Origin: Patescibacteria group bacterium | Lineage (GTDB): Bacteria > Patescibacteriota > Patescibacteriia > UBA1558 > GWA2-36-10 | NCBI GenBank assembly: GCA_041665505.1 | Contig: JBAYIR010000003.1 | Coordinates: 45,363-109,362 of the forward strand | DNA: 64,000 bases | Direction: 5' to 3' | In this document: positions 47,685-57,416 of the stretch, piece by piece | How the letters are laid out: the number at the start of each line of letters is the position of its first letter | Numbering within the stretch: the stretch's first letter is position 1 | Position numbers and translations under genes: made by a program | The notes under the pieces: model-generated | What the model was told of the DNA's origin: nothing | Database searches by the model: none | The model's input: only the letters and a program-made list of their open reading frames with translations

Positions 47685-48320
47685 ATGAAAAAACAAGGAG
47701 TAATAATTGTAGTGTTTATAATCCTAATAGTATTAGGTGGTTTGGCTTATTGGCAATCTGGCCAAAAACCAGTGGTTAATAATGAAAATAATAATCAAAA
47801 TACTACTAATCAAAATACGAACATTGACAACTCAAATGGGCAAAACACAGAAGAAGTAGACATGGGTGATTGGCTTATTTATACGAATGATGAATACAGG
47901 TTTAGTTTTAGATATCCTAAGGATTGGACTATTTATAATCAAAGTGATAAATACGTATCTTTTAACTACAGCCAAACTTATCTTTCTACAGAGTTGACTC
48001 TTTTTGTATTTCAAAACCCAAATAAAGAGTCTATTCATGATTTCTACAATAATATAGATGAAAATAAAAAAATAGCAGGTAATGATAGCCTAATGTATAA
48101 TTGGTATGCATCAACTGAAGACTATGGATCTCAAAAAAATATTGTAGTTGATGGCATTGAAGCAGTTAATTTTGTATCTCCTATGGGTATAATGGAAAAT
48201 ACTACTGTTTCCATACCAAAAGATAGTTTAATAGTAGAAATCCAAATTAGAGGTGTTGAAGAAATTTTGAAGGATAGTGAATATGAGGCAATTTTGAATA
48301 GTTTTGAATTTACAAATTAA
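47685..48320 (+). CDS. Hypothetical N-anchored secreted protein with an Asn/Gln-rich linker
   Basis: TM or signal anchor VIIVVFIILIVLGGLAYW, NNENNNQNTTNQNTN linker, and a ~150-aa globular part. AT-rich, host-like. Confidence 0.55.
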   Translation: MKKQGVIIVVFIILIVLGGLAYWQSGQKPVVNNENNNQNTTNQNTNIDNSNGQNTEEVDMGDWLIYTNDEYRFSFRYPKDWTIYNQSDKYVSFNYSQTYLSTELTLFVFQNPNKESIHDFYNNIDENKKIAGNDSLMYNWYASTEDYGSQKNIVVDGIEAVNFVSPMGIMENTTVSIPKDSLIVEIQIRGVEEILKDSEYEAILNSFEFTN

Positions 48321-48552
48321 ATAAAGTTTTATAAGAAAAGCGAAATTGAGAGTCACTTACAATGGTTAGTCTTTTTGTATCTAGAAAATAATAAATTATT
48401 ATAGTTTATTATTTTCTGGCTATAATAGTGTAGCCAGAAATAGTTCATTACAACTTAAAACAACAAAACGAGAGGAGTAAAAACAGATTAATTTACTAAT
48501 CCAATGCGGGATTAGTAGACCAGTCATAAAGAATTCTGAAAGAAGGTTCACC

Positions 48553-51500
48553 ATGAGAAAGAGTCTGCTCTTCGCAATGGCAATTGTGATGCTTATGGCA
48601 TCGTCAATTGCCTACGGACAAGGTCCAATCAGCGGGTTTTATTACCCTGCAGACGAGATGCTCAACAGTTGGCAATACTACAATAACCGAAGCTTTTATA
48701 TTTATAATGGTACTTATAACAACCATCTTGGAGCTGATATTGATCTAGCCGAAGGCACGGCCATAAAGGCCATAGCCAAAGGCAAGATAGTAGAGTACAG
48801 CTCACTATATGATGGCTATGGTGAATTGGTAGTAGCGATTGAGCATGAGTTGCCAGAGGATATCACTTTTTTGAATGCTGATGGCAATCCACAAACAACT
48901 AGATATATCCTGTCAATCTATGGCCACCTGCGCAAGAGCCAAGAAAGAGGTGGCACAGCATTGACTTGGTCTATCGGTCAGACCGTTCAGCAAGGGAGTG
49001 TTATTGGCTACATAAACAACAGTAGCCATCCAGATGGTGGTAGCCCAGACCCAAATGGTGATGGACTTGAGCATTTGCACCTAGGGATTCGCTTGTCGAA
49101 CGAAGCAACCGCTAAAGCTCAAGATGGTGGCTTTTGGCTACGCGGATATAATAGTGGATCGGGCATGCAAATTCACTTTGCAAATCCGATGCCCCTTATA
49201 GCCGGACTGGCGCAATTTGCCCAGTCACCTTCCTGGAGGACTGCCAATGGTGTATCATCAGCTTTTATGAACAGGTATAATGATTTCGCCACAAATGGTC
49301 ATCGCCTTGGCTTTCCCTGGCAAAACACTCAGTACGGTTCTACTTATGTCCACGAAGTCAACGGCATGTTGATCCAGGATTTCAAAGATCGCCGCGATGA
49401 TGAGGGGCCTAGTAATGGGTATTATCATCCTTATACAACCGTTATTTACTATAATGATCCTTGGATGAGTAGAGAACCTCATCTCGTCAAGGAGGGATTT
49501 TGGGATGAGTATATGACTCGTTTTGGCTGGCTCAAGTTTGGTGCACCAGTCACTGATGAGTATCCAAATAGTAGTGAAGTGTGGCAGAGTTTTAACCTTT
49601 TTGGTTCAAACTATGCCACCAATCCAAATGATTATGAGCGTTTTTATTTCACTTGGGATGAAGGTTCTCAAACTCTGGAGGTACTTGATAGTAATTATCA
49701 AGTAGTGCCTCGTGCCAATTTGACAGTAACCAACGGAGGAACAAACAAAGCCAACAAAGCGCTCACTGACGGTGTCTATCATTCTGGACTCAAGGTGTCA
49801 AACTTTGACCAGGCCTTTGAACTGATAGATGGAAATAATTATCAGAATTTCTATGCCTCCATTAATGGAGTGGAGATCCTCATGGATCCATTTGTCATGA
49901 ATGGTGATATGACTATAGTTGTTAGTGATGTGGATGTGCCAGTTGCCAACTTCAGTGCAACTCCAATGTCTGGAAATACCCCGCTTACCGTGCAGTTTAC
50001 CGACCTTTCAAGTGGTAACACCACTTCTTGGTTGTGGAACTTCGGTGATGGGGGTACTTCAACCAATCAGAACCCCAACCACACGTATACTACCCCTGGT
50101 AGTTATACTGTCAGCCTAACTGCTACCAATAGTGGTGGGAGTGACACGGTTGTTGGTGGCAGTCCAATTGTCGTTAACAACGTTGCTGCTCCTGTGGCAA
50201 ATTTCAGTGCAACTCCAATGTCTGGATATGCACCACTTACCGTTCAATTCACCGACCTTTCAAGTGGAGGTGCCACTTCTTGGTTGTGGGACTTTGGTGA
50301 CGGTAGTACGTCTACTAGCCAGAATCCTAGTCACACTTACAACATTGTGGGTAGCTACACAGTTTCTCTTACTGCCAGTAATAATGGCGGTAGTGATACT
50401 GTGCTTGGAGGTGCTCCTGTTATAGTAGGTAACCCACCAGCTCCAATAGCTGGTTATACTGTTTCGCCGACTTCTGGCGTTGTCCCTTTGACGGTGCAAT
50501 GTACAGATACATCGGTTGGGACAGTAACCTCGTGGTTGTGGGACTTCGGTGACGGTAGTACGTCTACTAGCCAGAACCCTAGTCACATTTACAACGTTGT
50601 GGGTGTCTACACTATCACCTTGACGGTGTCCAATGCCGGAGGCTGGGACTCTTTACAGTTTATTGACGGTATAACCACTACCAGTGTGTCTAATCTGGCA
50701 CCATGTGTTGTAAGTGACCTAAGCGTAGATAACGTCACAGTTATCTTCGTCTCTGGTAACTACGCCTACGTGGCAGATGGTAGTGCTGGTCTGAAGATCA
50801 TCGACGTTTCTGTTCCTGCAACGCCGACCATAGTTGGTTCGGCTAGTATGGATCACGTCATGGATGTGTTTGTTTCCGGGGACTACGCCTACGTGGCAGA
50901 TGGTAGTGATGGATTGAAGGTGGTCAACATCTCCAATCCGGCGACGCCAGTCATCGTTGGATCGGTAGTCACTGAAGGTGCTGAAGGCCTCTTCGTCTCT
51001 GGTAACTACGCCTACGTAGCTGATCTCTGGACACTAAAGGTCATCAACATCTCCAATCCTGCAACTCCGACAGTAGTTGGTTCGTTGAGCATGGATTGGG
51101 TTGTGGATGTGTTTGTTTCCGGTGACTACGCCTACGTGGCTGATAATGATGTAGGCTTGAAGGTGGTCAACATCTCCAATCCTGCGACGCCAGTCATCGT
51201 TGGATCGGTAGTCACGGACAGTGCTAGGGATGTCTGGATTTCTGGTGACTACGCCTACGTGGCTGATGGTAGTACTGGCTTGAAGGTGGTCAACATCTCC
51301 AATCCTGCGACGCCAGTCATCGTTGGTTCGGTAGTTACGAATGGAGCTATTGGCGTTTCTGTTTCCGGTGACTATGCCTATGTGGCAGACGTTAGCGCTG
51401 GCTTGAAGATCATTGATGTTTCTGATTCTACAACACCAACCATTGTTGGTGCGGTAGAGGCAGGTGGTTATATTAAAGACGTCTTCGTACTAGGAGACTA

Positions 51501-52080
51501 TATTTATTTGACAGAGTTCCATGAAGCAATGAAAATAGTCCAAAAAGATTGTGGGCTATTCCTGTCTGCAGACTTCACCGCTAACCCAACCAGCGTCTAT
51601 ACTGGTAACCCTGTTCAGTTCACTGACCAATCAACTGGAAACCCTAGTTCTTGGTCATGGAATTTCGGTAACGGCGTTACCTCAACTGCACAAAATCCGA
51701 TCTACGCTTACCCAGTTCACGGCACCTACACGGTGTCATTGACAGTAGGGGATGGAGTTACTTCAGACACTTTGGTGCGTACTGGCTACATTACGTCGTC
51801 AAGACCACCTATTGGTGAAGATCCTCCTTATCCCTACTGTGAACCCAACCCCTCTAACCCTGTTTCTGTCATCAAGTTCAAGGTCAATCAACCTGGCTAT
51901 GTCAACCTGTCCATTTTTGATGTACAGGGTCGACGCGTTCAGGTTTTGGTTGATCAGGTTCTTGATACTGGTGTGCATCAAGCGACTTTTAATGGCGAAA
52001 GTTTTGCCTCCGGCATCTACTTCTACATGATACGTAGTGCCGAGGGGACTGACGTCCGAAAGATCACACTGGTGAAGTAG
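48553..52080 (+). CDS. Secreted multidomain protein of foreign origin: M23 peptidase-like domain, four PKD domains, LVIVD beta-propeller repeats, a further PKD domain and a T9SS (Por) C-terminal sorting domain
   Basis: Signal peptide MRKSLLFAMAIVMLMASSIAYGQG. M23-like HLGADIDLAEGTAIKAIAKGKIV ... EHLHLGIR. PKD consensus repeated (FSATPMSG.TPLTVQFTDLS ... W.FGDG.TST.QNP.HTY ... GSYTVSLTA.N). Seven GDYAYVADG.GLKVVNISNPATP LVIVD units. C-terminal VNLSIFDVQGRRV ... GIYFYMIRS Por-tail. GC about 48% against ~31% for the flanks, and no SD upstream. Confidence 0.85.
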   Translation: MRKSLLFAMAIVMLMASSIAYGQGPISGFYYPADEMLNSWQYYNNRSFYIYNGTYNNHLGADIDLAEGTAIKAIAKGKIVEYSSLYDGYGELVVAIEHELPEDITFLNADGNPQTTRYILSIYGHLRKSQERGGTALTWSIGQTVQQGSVIGYINNSSHPDGGSPDPNGDGLEHLHLGIRLSNEATAKAQDGGFWLRGYNSGSGMQIHFANPMPLIAGLAQFAQSPSWRTANGVSSAFMNRYNDFATNGHRLGFPWQNTQYGSTYVHEVNGMLIQDFKDRRDDEGPSNGYYHPYTTVIYYNDPWMSREPHLVKEGFWDEYMTRFGWLKFGAPVTDEYPNSSEVWQSFNLFGSNYATNPNDYERFYFTWDEGSQTLEVLDSNYQVVPRANLTVTNGGTNKANKALTDGVYHSGLKVSNFDQAFELIDGNNYQNFYASINGVEILMDPFVMNGDMTIVVSDVDVPVANFSATPMSGNTPLTVQFTDLSSGNTTSWLWNFGDGGTSTNQNPNHTYTTPGSYTVSLTATNSGGSDTVVGGSPIVVNNVAAPVANFSATPMSGYAPLTVQFTDLSSGGATSWLWDFGDGSTSTSQNPSHTYNIVGSYTVSLTASNNGGSDTVLGGAPVIVGNPPAPIAGYTVSPTSGVVPLTVQCTDTSVGTVTSWLWDFGDGSTSTSQNPSHIYNVVGVYTITLTVSNAGGWDSLQFIDGITTTSVSNLAPCVVSDLSVDNVTVIFVSGNYAYVADGSAGLKIIDVSVPATPTIVGSASMDHVMDVFVSGDYAYVADGSDGLKVVNISNPATPVIVGSVVTEGAEGLFVSGNYAYVADLWTLKVINISNPATPTVVGSLSMDWVVDVFVSGDYAYVADNDVGLKVVNISNPATPVIVGSVVTDSARDVWISGDYAYVADGSTGLKVVNISNPATPVIVGSVVTNGAIGVSVSGDYAYVADVSAGLKIIDVSDSTTPTIVGAVEAGGYIKDVFVLGDYIYLTEFHEAMKIVQKDCGLFLSADFTANPTSVYTGNPVQFTDQSTGNPSSWSWNFGNGVTSTAQNPIYAYPVHGTYTVSLTVGDGVTSDTLVRTGYITSSRPPIGEDPPYPYCEPNPSNPVSVIKFKVNQPGYVNLSIFDVQGRRVQVLVDQVLDTGVHQATFNGESFASGIYFYMIRSAEGTDVRKITLVK

Positions 52081-52109
52081 CTCCGTTTGTTGTTTTGAAA
52101 CCCTAACCG

Positions 52110-52155
52110 AGCCCTACTTGTTGCACGCAGTGCAGCGGGTAGGGCTTATTTTTTT
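52110..52155 (+). terminator. Rho-independent terminator after the foreign gene
   Basis: agccctac ... gtagggct stem with an internal GC-rich hairpin, followed by TTTTTTT. Confidence 0.65.
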
Positions 52156-52164
52156 ATATAAATA

Positions 52165-52230
52165 ACATTTATATAGCTTTTGCTAAGCCTCGCTATGTCG
52201 ACAACTTGTTGGCAACTTTCCTTAGCAAAA
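52165..52230 (+). repeat. Direct repeat B (partner of A at 47402-47466)
   Basis: See repeat A; the same orientation on the + strand. Confidence 0.7.
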
Positions 52231-52488
52231 CTATAAAATTGCGTTATGATAATATAGACATTTGGCTAGTTTTGAGCTAAAATGTTATTGACAATTAGGT
52301 GTAAAAACCGATGCCTAAACCCTAGAAATTCTAGGGCATGGTATAAAAAACTCGTTGAAAATATTGAACTCCGCGTTCAGTGACTTTTCAACGAGTCATA
52401 TCGGGAAACTGGTATGGGGCCGTAAGGCCTAGCTGGCGCGGGGTTTTATGTTTGCGTCAGCTGATAATTAATAAGTAAGTAAAATATT

Positions 52489-52989
52489 ATGAAAAAAGCA
52501 CTATTTTTACTTTTGATGACCGTAGTAGTTACAACTGGTTGTACAACCCAGTCAAATACTATCCAATCATCTACAGATTCATCAAGCCAGAAAAGCGTGA
52601 GTACTAATGTACAAAAACTAAATTTAACAGACAAGGTCGATGTTAAATTAATAGATAAAGGTTTTCAGGCAGCTGATATCTACAAAGGTACTTATCAAGA
52701 TTATATTACTATGAAGTTTGAATTAACCAATAAGACTGATAAGGATGTCAAAGGTGTCCAAGGAAATACTATTTTCTATGATATATTTGATAATCAAATA
52801 TATCAGTCTACCTTCAGTTATGATCAAGGAATATTAGCTAGTGGCACAGCCACTTGGGACGCCACTATAGAATATAATGAATTTATGGATGATCATCAGA
52901 AGTTGAAAACTACTAATCTAGAAAATATAAGATTAGAATGGGTGCCAGAGGTTATTATCTATAGCGATGGTACTAAAGAACAAGTCTAA
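52489..52989 (+). CDS. Lipoprotein (166 aa)
   Basis: Signal peptide with lipobox LMTVVVTTGC, a Ser/Thr-rich linker, and a small beta-rich domain. Confidence 0.6.
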   Translation: MKKALFLLLMTVVVTTGCTTQSNTIQSSTDSSSQKSVSTNVQKLNLTDKVDVKLIDKGFQAADIYKGTYQDYITMKFELTNKTDKDVKGVQGNTIFYDIFDNQIYQSTFSYDQGILASGTATWDATIEYNEFMDDHQKLKTTNLENIRLEWVPEVIIYSDGTKEQV

Positions 52990-53009
52990 TTATTATTAAA
53001 TAAATATTT

Positions 53010-53435
53010 ATGAAAAAGTACAGAGCTTTAAAAATTCTCTTAACACTTTTGCCAGCTTTGGTGTTTACTCAAAACTGGGCTTGGATGAGTGCTAACAAAA
53101 TACTAGGTATTGCTTTTATAGTAATATGGGCACTTATGATTTGGTCAGTTTGGAAAATAGACAATAAGTACAAAATATTACAAAAAATATTTAGAGCCAC
53201 AGAAATAGGTTTTTTCCTATTACCTATTTCAGCTATAATTCTTACCTTTGTCATAGGTGCCCAAGCAGTTAACTCAACTAACGATGAATTTGCTCAGGCT
53301 GGCGCCGCTATAGGTACAGCTATTGGTGGCACCTTTATTGTAGTCTTAGCTTTTATCTTTGGATTATCAGGAGGCATAATCTTGCACTTGATAGCCAACA
53401 AGTATGAGAAAAAGGCAGAGCAAAATAGTAAATAG
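53010..53435 (+). CDS. Small integral membrane protein (4 TM)
   Basis: 141 aa with four hydrophobic helices. Confidence 0.5.
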   Translation: MKKYRALKILLTLLPALVFTQNWAWMSANKILGIAFIVIWALMIWSVWKIDNKYKILQKIFRATEIGFFLLPISAIILTFVIGAQAVNSTNDEFAQAGAAIGTAIGGTFIVVLAFIFGLSGGIILHLIANKYEKKAEQNSK

Positions 53436-53438
53436 AAA

Positions 53439-54902
53439 TTAAGCAAAATAAATTCTATAAGTTTTTGGTCTATGTTCTGATAAGCTATGGACCAGATTGG
53501 CAAAGGCATCAGCTAAGTCGTCATGTTTTTCTACCCCAAAATGAATAATCTGTTGTATCAATTGTTCAGCTCCTTGTTTAGGAAATAGTATCTGTCCATT
53601 TTTGATCATGTTAGCTGTCAGGACAAGGCGACTACGCTTGTCCTGATTACCTGGCCTTGTTGTCATGACGTTCAAAATACCCTCACTTTCTAATTGTTGC
53701 GGCAAAGCTTTTTGATAAGCTACATCTTCAATAACAAAGGTAGGATGAATTTCGTCCTTTTCGTAGCTTTTGTCCAATATTTTGCAGGTATCAACGGTTT
53801 CCGGAAAGCTCAAACGTTTATTTATTATCTTTGGCAAAATATAAATCTGATAACCAGTTTTGGTTTCATATAGAAGTCCGGGAACCATAGCCGTATAATC
53901 AGCCACATTACTTTTTGAAATAGCTGGATCTATACCTATTCTTATTTCAATATGAGAAGAATAAGCACTGTCTATTTTTATAGGAGCTGGTATCTCATCA
54001 TAGTATTGAATCCATTCTGGATATATAACTTGATCTTCATCTGGAACTATATTAAGCATATATTCTCGTTGCCAAGCAATTTCATTGCCTGTTTTTTTTC
54101 GTTCTGTTTGTACGTCTTGCTCTGTAGGATATTTACCAGGCCAGAGACATTTTCCTTTACTATCAATAATTGGAAAATAAAGAAATTTTCCATCAATAAA
54201 ATCATTATCAATTTCACTTTTAAGTCGCATGAGAAGTGAATCTTCGTGTAATAAATTACCAACTATAACTAACCGTGTATTTTTATCTCCTGCTGGGATT
54301 AATTCTCCTTTTAACCATTGATAAGTCTTATTTCTTCCTTCTCTTGTTTTTGTAGAAGCAATATTTTCAACATCGTCACAGATTATCAAATCTGGTCTAT
54401 GCTCATGATGTCTTAAACCGCGAATACTTTGTTCTGAAGAAGCTACTGTAATACGAGCGTCTGTATTAGAAAATACCAATGACTGTGAACCCCACTCATC
54501 GCTATCTTCACGAAATGGGCCGAGGTCTTTTTTAAGTAATTCGTTGTCCTCAAGTTCACGGCGTAAATTCATCATATGCTGTTTGGCCTGGGCTTGTGTC
54601 TGACAAAATATAACGACGAATCTCTTTTGCTGTTTACCTAAAATAGCCCAAATAGGATAGGCGGTTGTAACCATTGTCGATTTTCCACTTCCCCTGAAGG
54701 CGACCACAAATAGATTGTCTCGGTCACTTATTTCTATTAAATGGATAATCTCTTTTTGGAAATCAGCTGTAGCGTATTTTACATAGTGAGCGTAATAAAA
54801 ATGGAAAAAATATGAAAAACTTTCTTTAGTTATTGTCGTCCTTACTTTCCTGTCCTTGGTCATCTGGTCTACCAGATCCTGTGGTATCATTTTGTTTGTC
54901 AT
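53439..54902 (-). CDS. Phage terminase large subunit
   Basis: N-terminal ATPase Walker A VAFRGSGKSTMVT and Walker B LIICDDVEN. C-terminal RNaseH-like nuclease region with acidic residues; 487 aa. Confidence 0.75.
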   Translation of the reverse strand: MTNKMIPQDLVDQMTKDRKVRTTITKESFSYFFHFYYAHYVKYATADFQKEIIHLIEISDRDNLFVVAFRGSGKSTMVTTAYPIWAILGKQQKRFVVIFCQTQAQAKQHMMNLRRELEDNELLKKDLGPFREDSDEWGSQSLVFSNTDARITVASSEQSIRGLRHHEHRPDLIICDDVENIASTKTREGRNKTYQWLKGELIPAGDKNTRLVIVGNLLHEDSLLMRLKSEIDNDFIDGKFLYFPIIDSKGKCLWPGKYPTEQDVQTERKKTGNEIAWQREYMLNIVPDEDQVIYPEWIQYYDEIPAPIKIDSAYSSHIEIRIGIDPAISKSNVADYTAMVPGLLYETKTGYQIYILPKIINKRLSFPETVDTCKILDKSYEKDEIHPTFVIEDVAYQKALPQQLESEGILNVMTTRPGNQDKRSRLVLTANMIKNGQILFPKQGAEQLIQQIIHFGVEKHDDLADAFANLVHSLSEHRPKTYRIYFA

Positions 54903-55296
54903 CTGATTTATTATTTAATGGTAAAATCTCCGCCAGTTGCAAAGCTTTGCGTACAATCTCTGCTTGTGACGGTGTAAGTTCTCCTGAGTCTTCAAATTTA
55001 GAAGTAACTTCCACTTTATCTCTAAATTTTGGATTTCTATGATTAAGCCAAAATCTTATAGCCGAAAAGTTTTTTTCTTTTATAAGGGTAAGTAATTGGC
55101 TTTCACTCATATCATTGACCAATGCCTCACCTTCGGTTAATGCCTCATCCATAGCTTTAGAGAAATTTTTATCATCTCGTTTCCAACGATAGATACTATT
55201 TCTTGAGATACCTGTTTTTTCACAGGCTATCTGTACGATTGGAATTTTCTTTAGTTCCTCTAGGAATATATTTTTGATTTTATTTTTCTTAGACAT
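54826..55296 (-). CDS. HTH DNA-binding protein, probable phage terminase small subunit
   Basis: IVQIACEKTGISRNSIYRWKRDD helix-turn-helix, acidic C-terminal tail, positioned immediately upstream of and overlapping the large terminase. Confidence 0.5.
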   Translation of the reverse strand: MSKKNKIKNIFLEELKKIPIVQIACEKTGISRNSIYRWKRDDKNFSKAMDEALTEGEALVNDMSESQLLTLIKEKNFSAIRFWLNHRNPKFRDKVEVTSKFEDSGELTPSQAEIVRKALQLAEILPLNNKSDDKQNDTTGSGRPDDQGQESKDDNN

Positions 55297-56563
55297 GATC
55301 CACCTTTGCCTTTCTGCCAGTTAACTTCTCATATCTTCTAATTGTTAGGTCACAAAATATAGGCTCTAACTCAAGGGCATATACTTTTCGTTTTAATTGT
55401 TCCCCAGCTGAAATGGTGCTACCTAACCCAGAGAAGGAATCTAAAATGATGTCGCCAGGCTTAGTACAACGGCGAATAGCCTTCTCGTGTAGCTTTGGTG
55501 GTTTGCTGGTCGCGTGTTCGTATTTTTGACCAGATAAGCGTTTTACCAACCATATATCAAGCTCATCAGAAGCTTCACTAAGTAGATTATTGCCAGTTGT
55601 TATTTCTTTATTCAATACCTCATTTAAGTTTTGAATTGATGGTGCAATATATGGTTTTCCTATAACCCCATATACTGTTGGCTCATAACATTTATTAAAA
55701 GCCACTTTTGGTGTCGGGTTTTGAGAGTTTTTGAGCCATAGGCAAACTCGCTTGTTTACTATGCCAAGCTCTCGATATAATTCTTGAATTAATCCTATGT
55801 AGGTTTGGTCACACCAGTAGAAAATATGGCAATTTGATTTAGTAATTGATAGTGCTACCACCAGAGTTTCTTTTATGAAGTTTCTATATTCCTCATAGGT
55901 ACGGCTATCATTTACATTACCGCCGTAGTCATTTTTACCTCCAATACCTTTTGAGTAATTAAGATTGATGTTATATGGGGGATCGGAATAAATCATTGAA
56001 GCTTTTTCATTCCCAAACAATCTTTTTAGATTTTTCGTATCGCTAGAGCTACCACATAACAACTTATGTGGTCCCAGATGAATTAAATCACCTAGTTTAG
56101 TTTTAGGCTCTTTAATCTTTTTAATTTCTTCATCAACGTCAAAGTCTTCATCTTTAACCTCTAGATTATTATCCCATAGGTGTGATAGATCAACTTGATC
56201 GAATCCTATGTCGACCAATAGGTCTAAATCAAAAGATTTGAGTTTTTCGAAATCCCATTCACCACCTAGAGCGTTGCTGGCTATAAGGTAGCTATCTGAT
56301 TCCTTTTTGGTTAAAGGTCTGTTGGGGATGCGGATATCAATTAACTCTTCTCCTCGACCTAGTAGCTGAAGAGCTTTAATTCTTTGATGTCCTGCGAGTA
56401 TCTTGCCGTCTAGGTCAATTGCTGGTATCTCTACCAAATTGTATCTTTTCAGGCTTTTTTTGAGATCCGACATTTGCTTGTCGGAAATAGTTCGTGGGTT
56501 AATATCTTGGGGGACAAGATCATTAACCCGTTTCGGCACGGTGTGCCATTTTAATTTTTCCAT
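55289..56563 (-). CDS. Phage-type DNA methyltransferase with an N-terminal ParB-like nuclease domain (N6-adenine or N4-cytosine class)
   Basis: ParB-N-like VEIPAIDLDGKILAGHQRIKAL, motif IV SDPPY, and a SAM-binding region FSGLGSTISAGE; 424 aa. Confidence 0.8.
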   Translation of the reverse strand: MEKLKWHTVPKRVNDLVPQDINPRTISDKQMSDLKKSLKRYNLVEIPAIDLDGKILAGHQRIKALQLLGRGEELIDIRIPNRPLTKKESDSYLIASNALGGEWDFEKLKSFDLDLLVDIGFDQVDLSHLWDNNLEVKDEDFDVDEEIKKIKEPKTKLGDLIHLGPHKLLCGSSSDTKNLKRLFGNEKASMIYSDPPYNINLNYSKGIGGKNDYGGNVNDSRTYEEYRNFIKETLVVALSITKSNCHIFYWCDQTYIGLIQELYRELGIVNKRVCLWLKNSQNPTPKVAFNKCYEPTVYGVIGKPYIAPSIQNLNEVLNKEITTGNNLLSEASDELDIWLVKRLSGQKYEHATSKPPKLHEKAIRRCTKPGDIILDSFSGLGSTISAGEQLKRKVYALELEPIFCDLTIRRYEKLTGRKAKVDHV

Positions 56564-56734
56564 AACATTTTATGGTTAGTTGGTTAAAAAATGTATGGAT
56601 AAGAAAAAACCTATTCCACACACGAAATAGATGAAGTCCTAAAACCTCAAAGCTATTTCTTGCGCGGAACAGGCATGGCTTTTTCAGCGATACGCTATTC
56701 TACTTTTTACTACGCATTAAATTGTACTTATATT

Positions 56735-57142
56735 TTAATCCACATTTTTATTTTTTGCAAGTTTGCGGATAATCCTTTGACCATTTTTACTTTTTATAAA
56801 ATTTTCGGTATCTTTGCCTATGGCTATTGGCAGGCCATCTTTGGGTATGGAAATTAGCACTTTGTAGCCTTTTTTCTCTTCTTTTTGTAATAATTTAATA
56901 AAAGAGGGATCTTTATACAGATTTTCCAAAAACCAATCAGCACTAGGAGTATGACCATTGTTTATAATAGGACCATAAACTCGGTCTGGCCTGTTTTGGT
57001 CAAAAGCATGTTTTACTTTCTTACCTATATATTTCGTCGGCTGTTTGTCACTGGTATGCAGAGCAAAATCAGTCAATTGAATAACCTTGTATTTGACCCC
57101 ATCTTGCCTTTTAAATGGTTTTACCTCTAGTTTGTAGTCCAT
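56735..57142 (-). CDS. Hypothetical protein (135 aa)
   Basis: ORF with host-like composition in the phage-derived module; no motif recognised. Confidence 0.4.
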   Translation of the reverse strand: MDYKLEVKPFKRQDGVKYKVIQLTDFALHTSDKQPTKYIGKKVKHAFDQNRPDRVYGPIINNGHTPSADWFLENLYKDPSFIKLLQKEEKKGYKVLISIPKDGLPIAIGKDTENFIKSKNGQRIIRKLAKNKNVD

Positions 57143-57151
57143 AGTTATTTT

Positions 57152-57397
57152 TTAGCCTTTAGATTTAGTTGGATCAGCGCTCTTGGGATAGGTTCGTTCT
57201 TCTTCATAGGTTCCATCCATTTTTTTAATTTTTACAGATCCGCCTTCATTACCTACGGCTTTTCTTAAAATTCCGCCAGCTGTGGCCTCTTCTTTAGTTT
57301 CGAAAGTTTTAACGATTTTATCTGTTTTGTCATTTTCTAGTTCCCAACGATCTTTTTTTGCGTTGTAATCGAGGGTAAATTTTGGTAATTTTGCCAT
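57152..57397 (-). CDS. DUF2188-like small protein
   Basis: W.L ... KTFETKEEATAGG ... GSVKIKKMDGTYEEERTY fits the DUF2188 pattern common on phages and mobile elements. Confidence 0.45.
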   Translation of the reverse strand: MAKLPKFTLDYNAKKDRWELENDKTDKIVKTFETKEEATAGGILRKAVGNEGGSVKIKKMDGTYEEERTYPKSADPTKSKG

Positions 57398-57416
57398 AAA
57401 TTTGTAGTTTATTTAA

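Noticed and set aside
49900-51500. Tandem near-identical DNA repeats, a CRISPR-like impression
   Set aside because: The repeats are in frame within one long ORF and encode PKD and LVIVD protein repeats. There are no short unique spacers and no leader.
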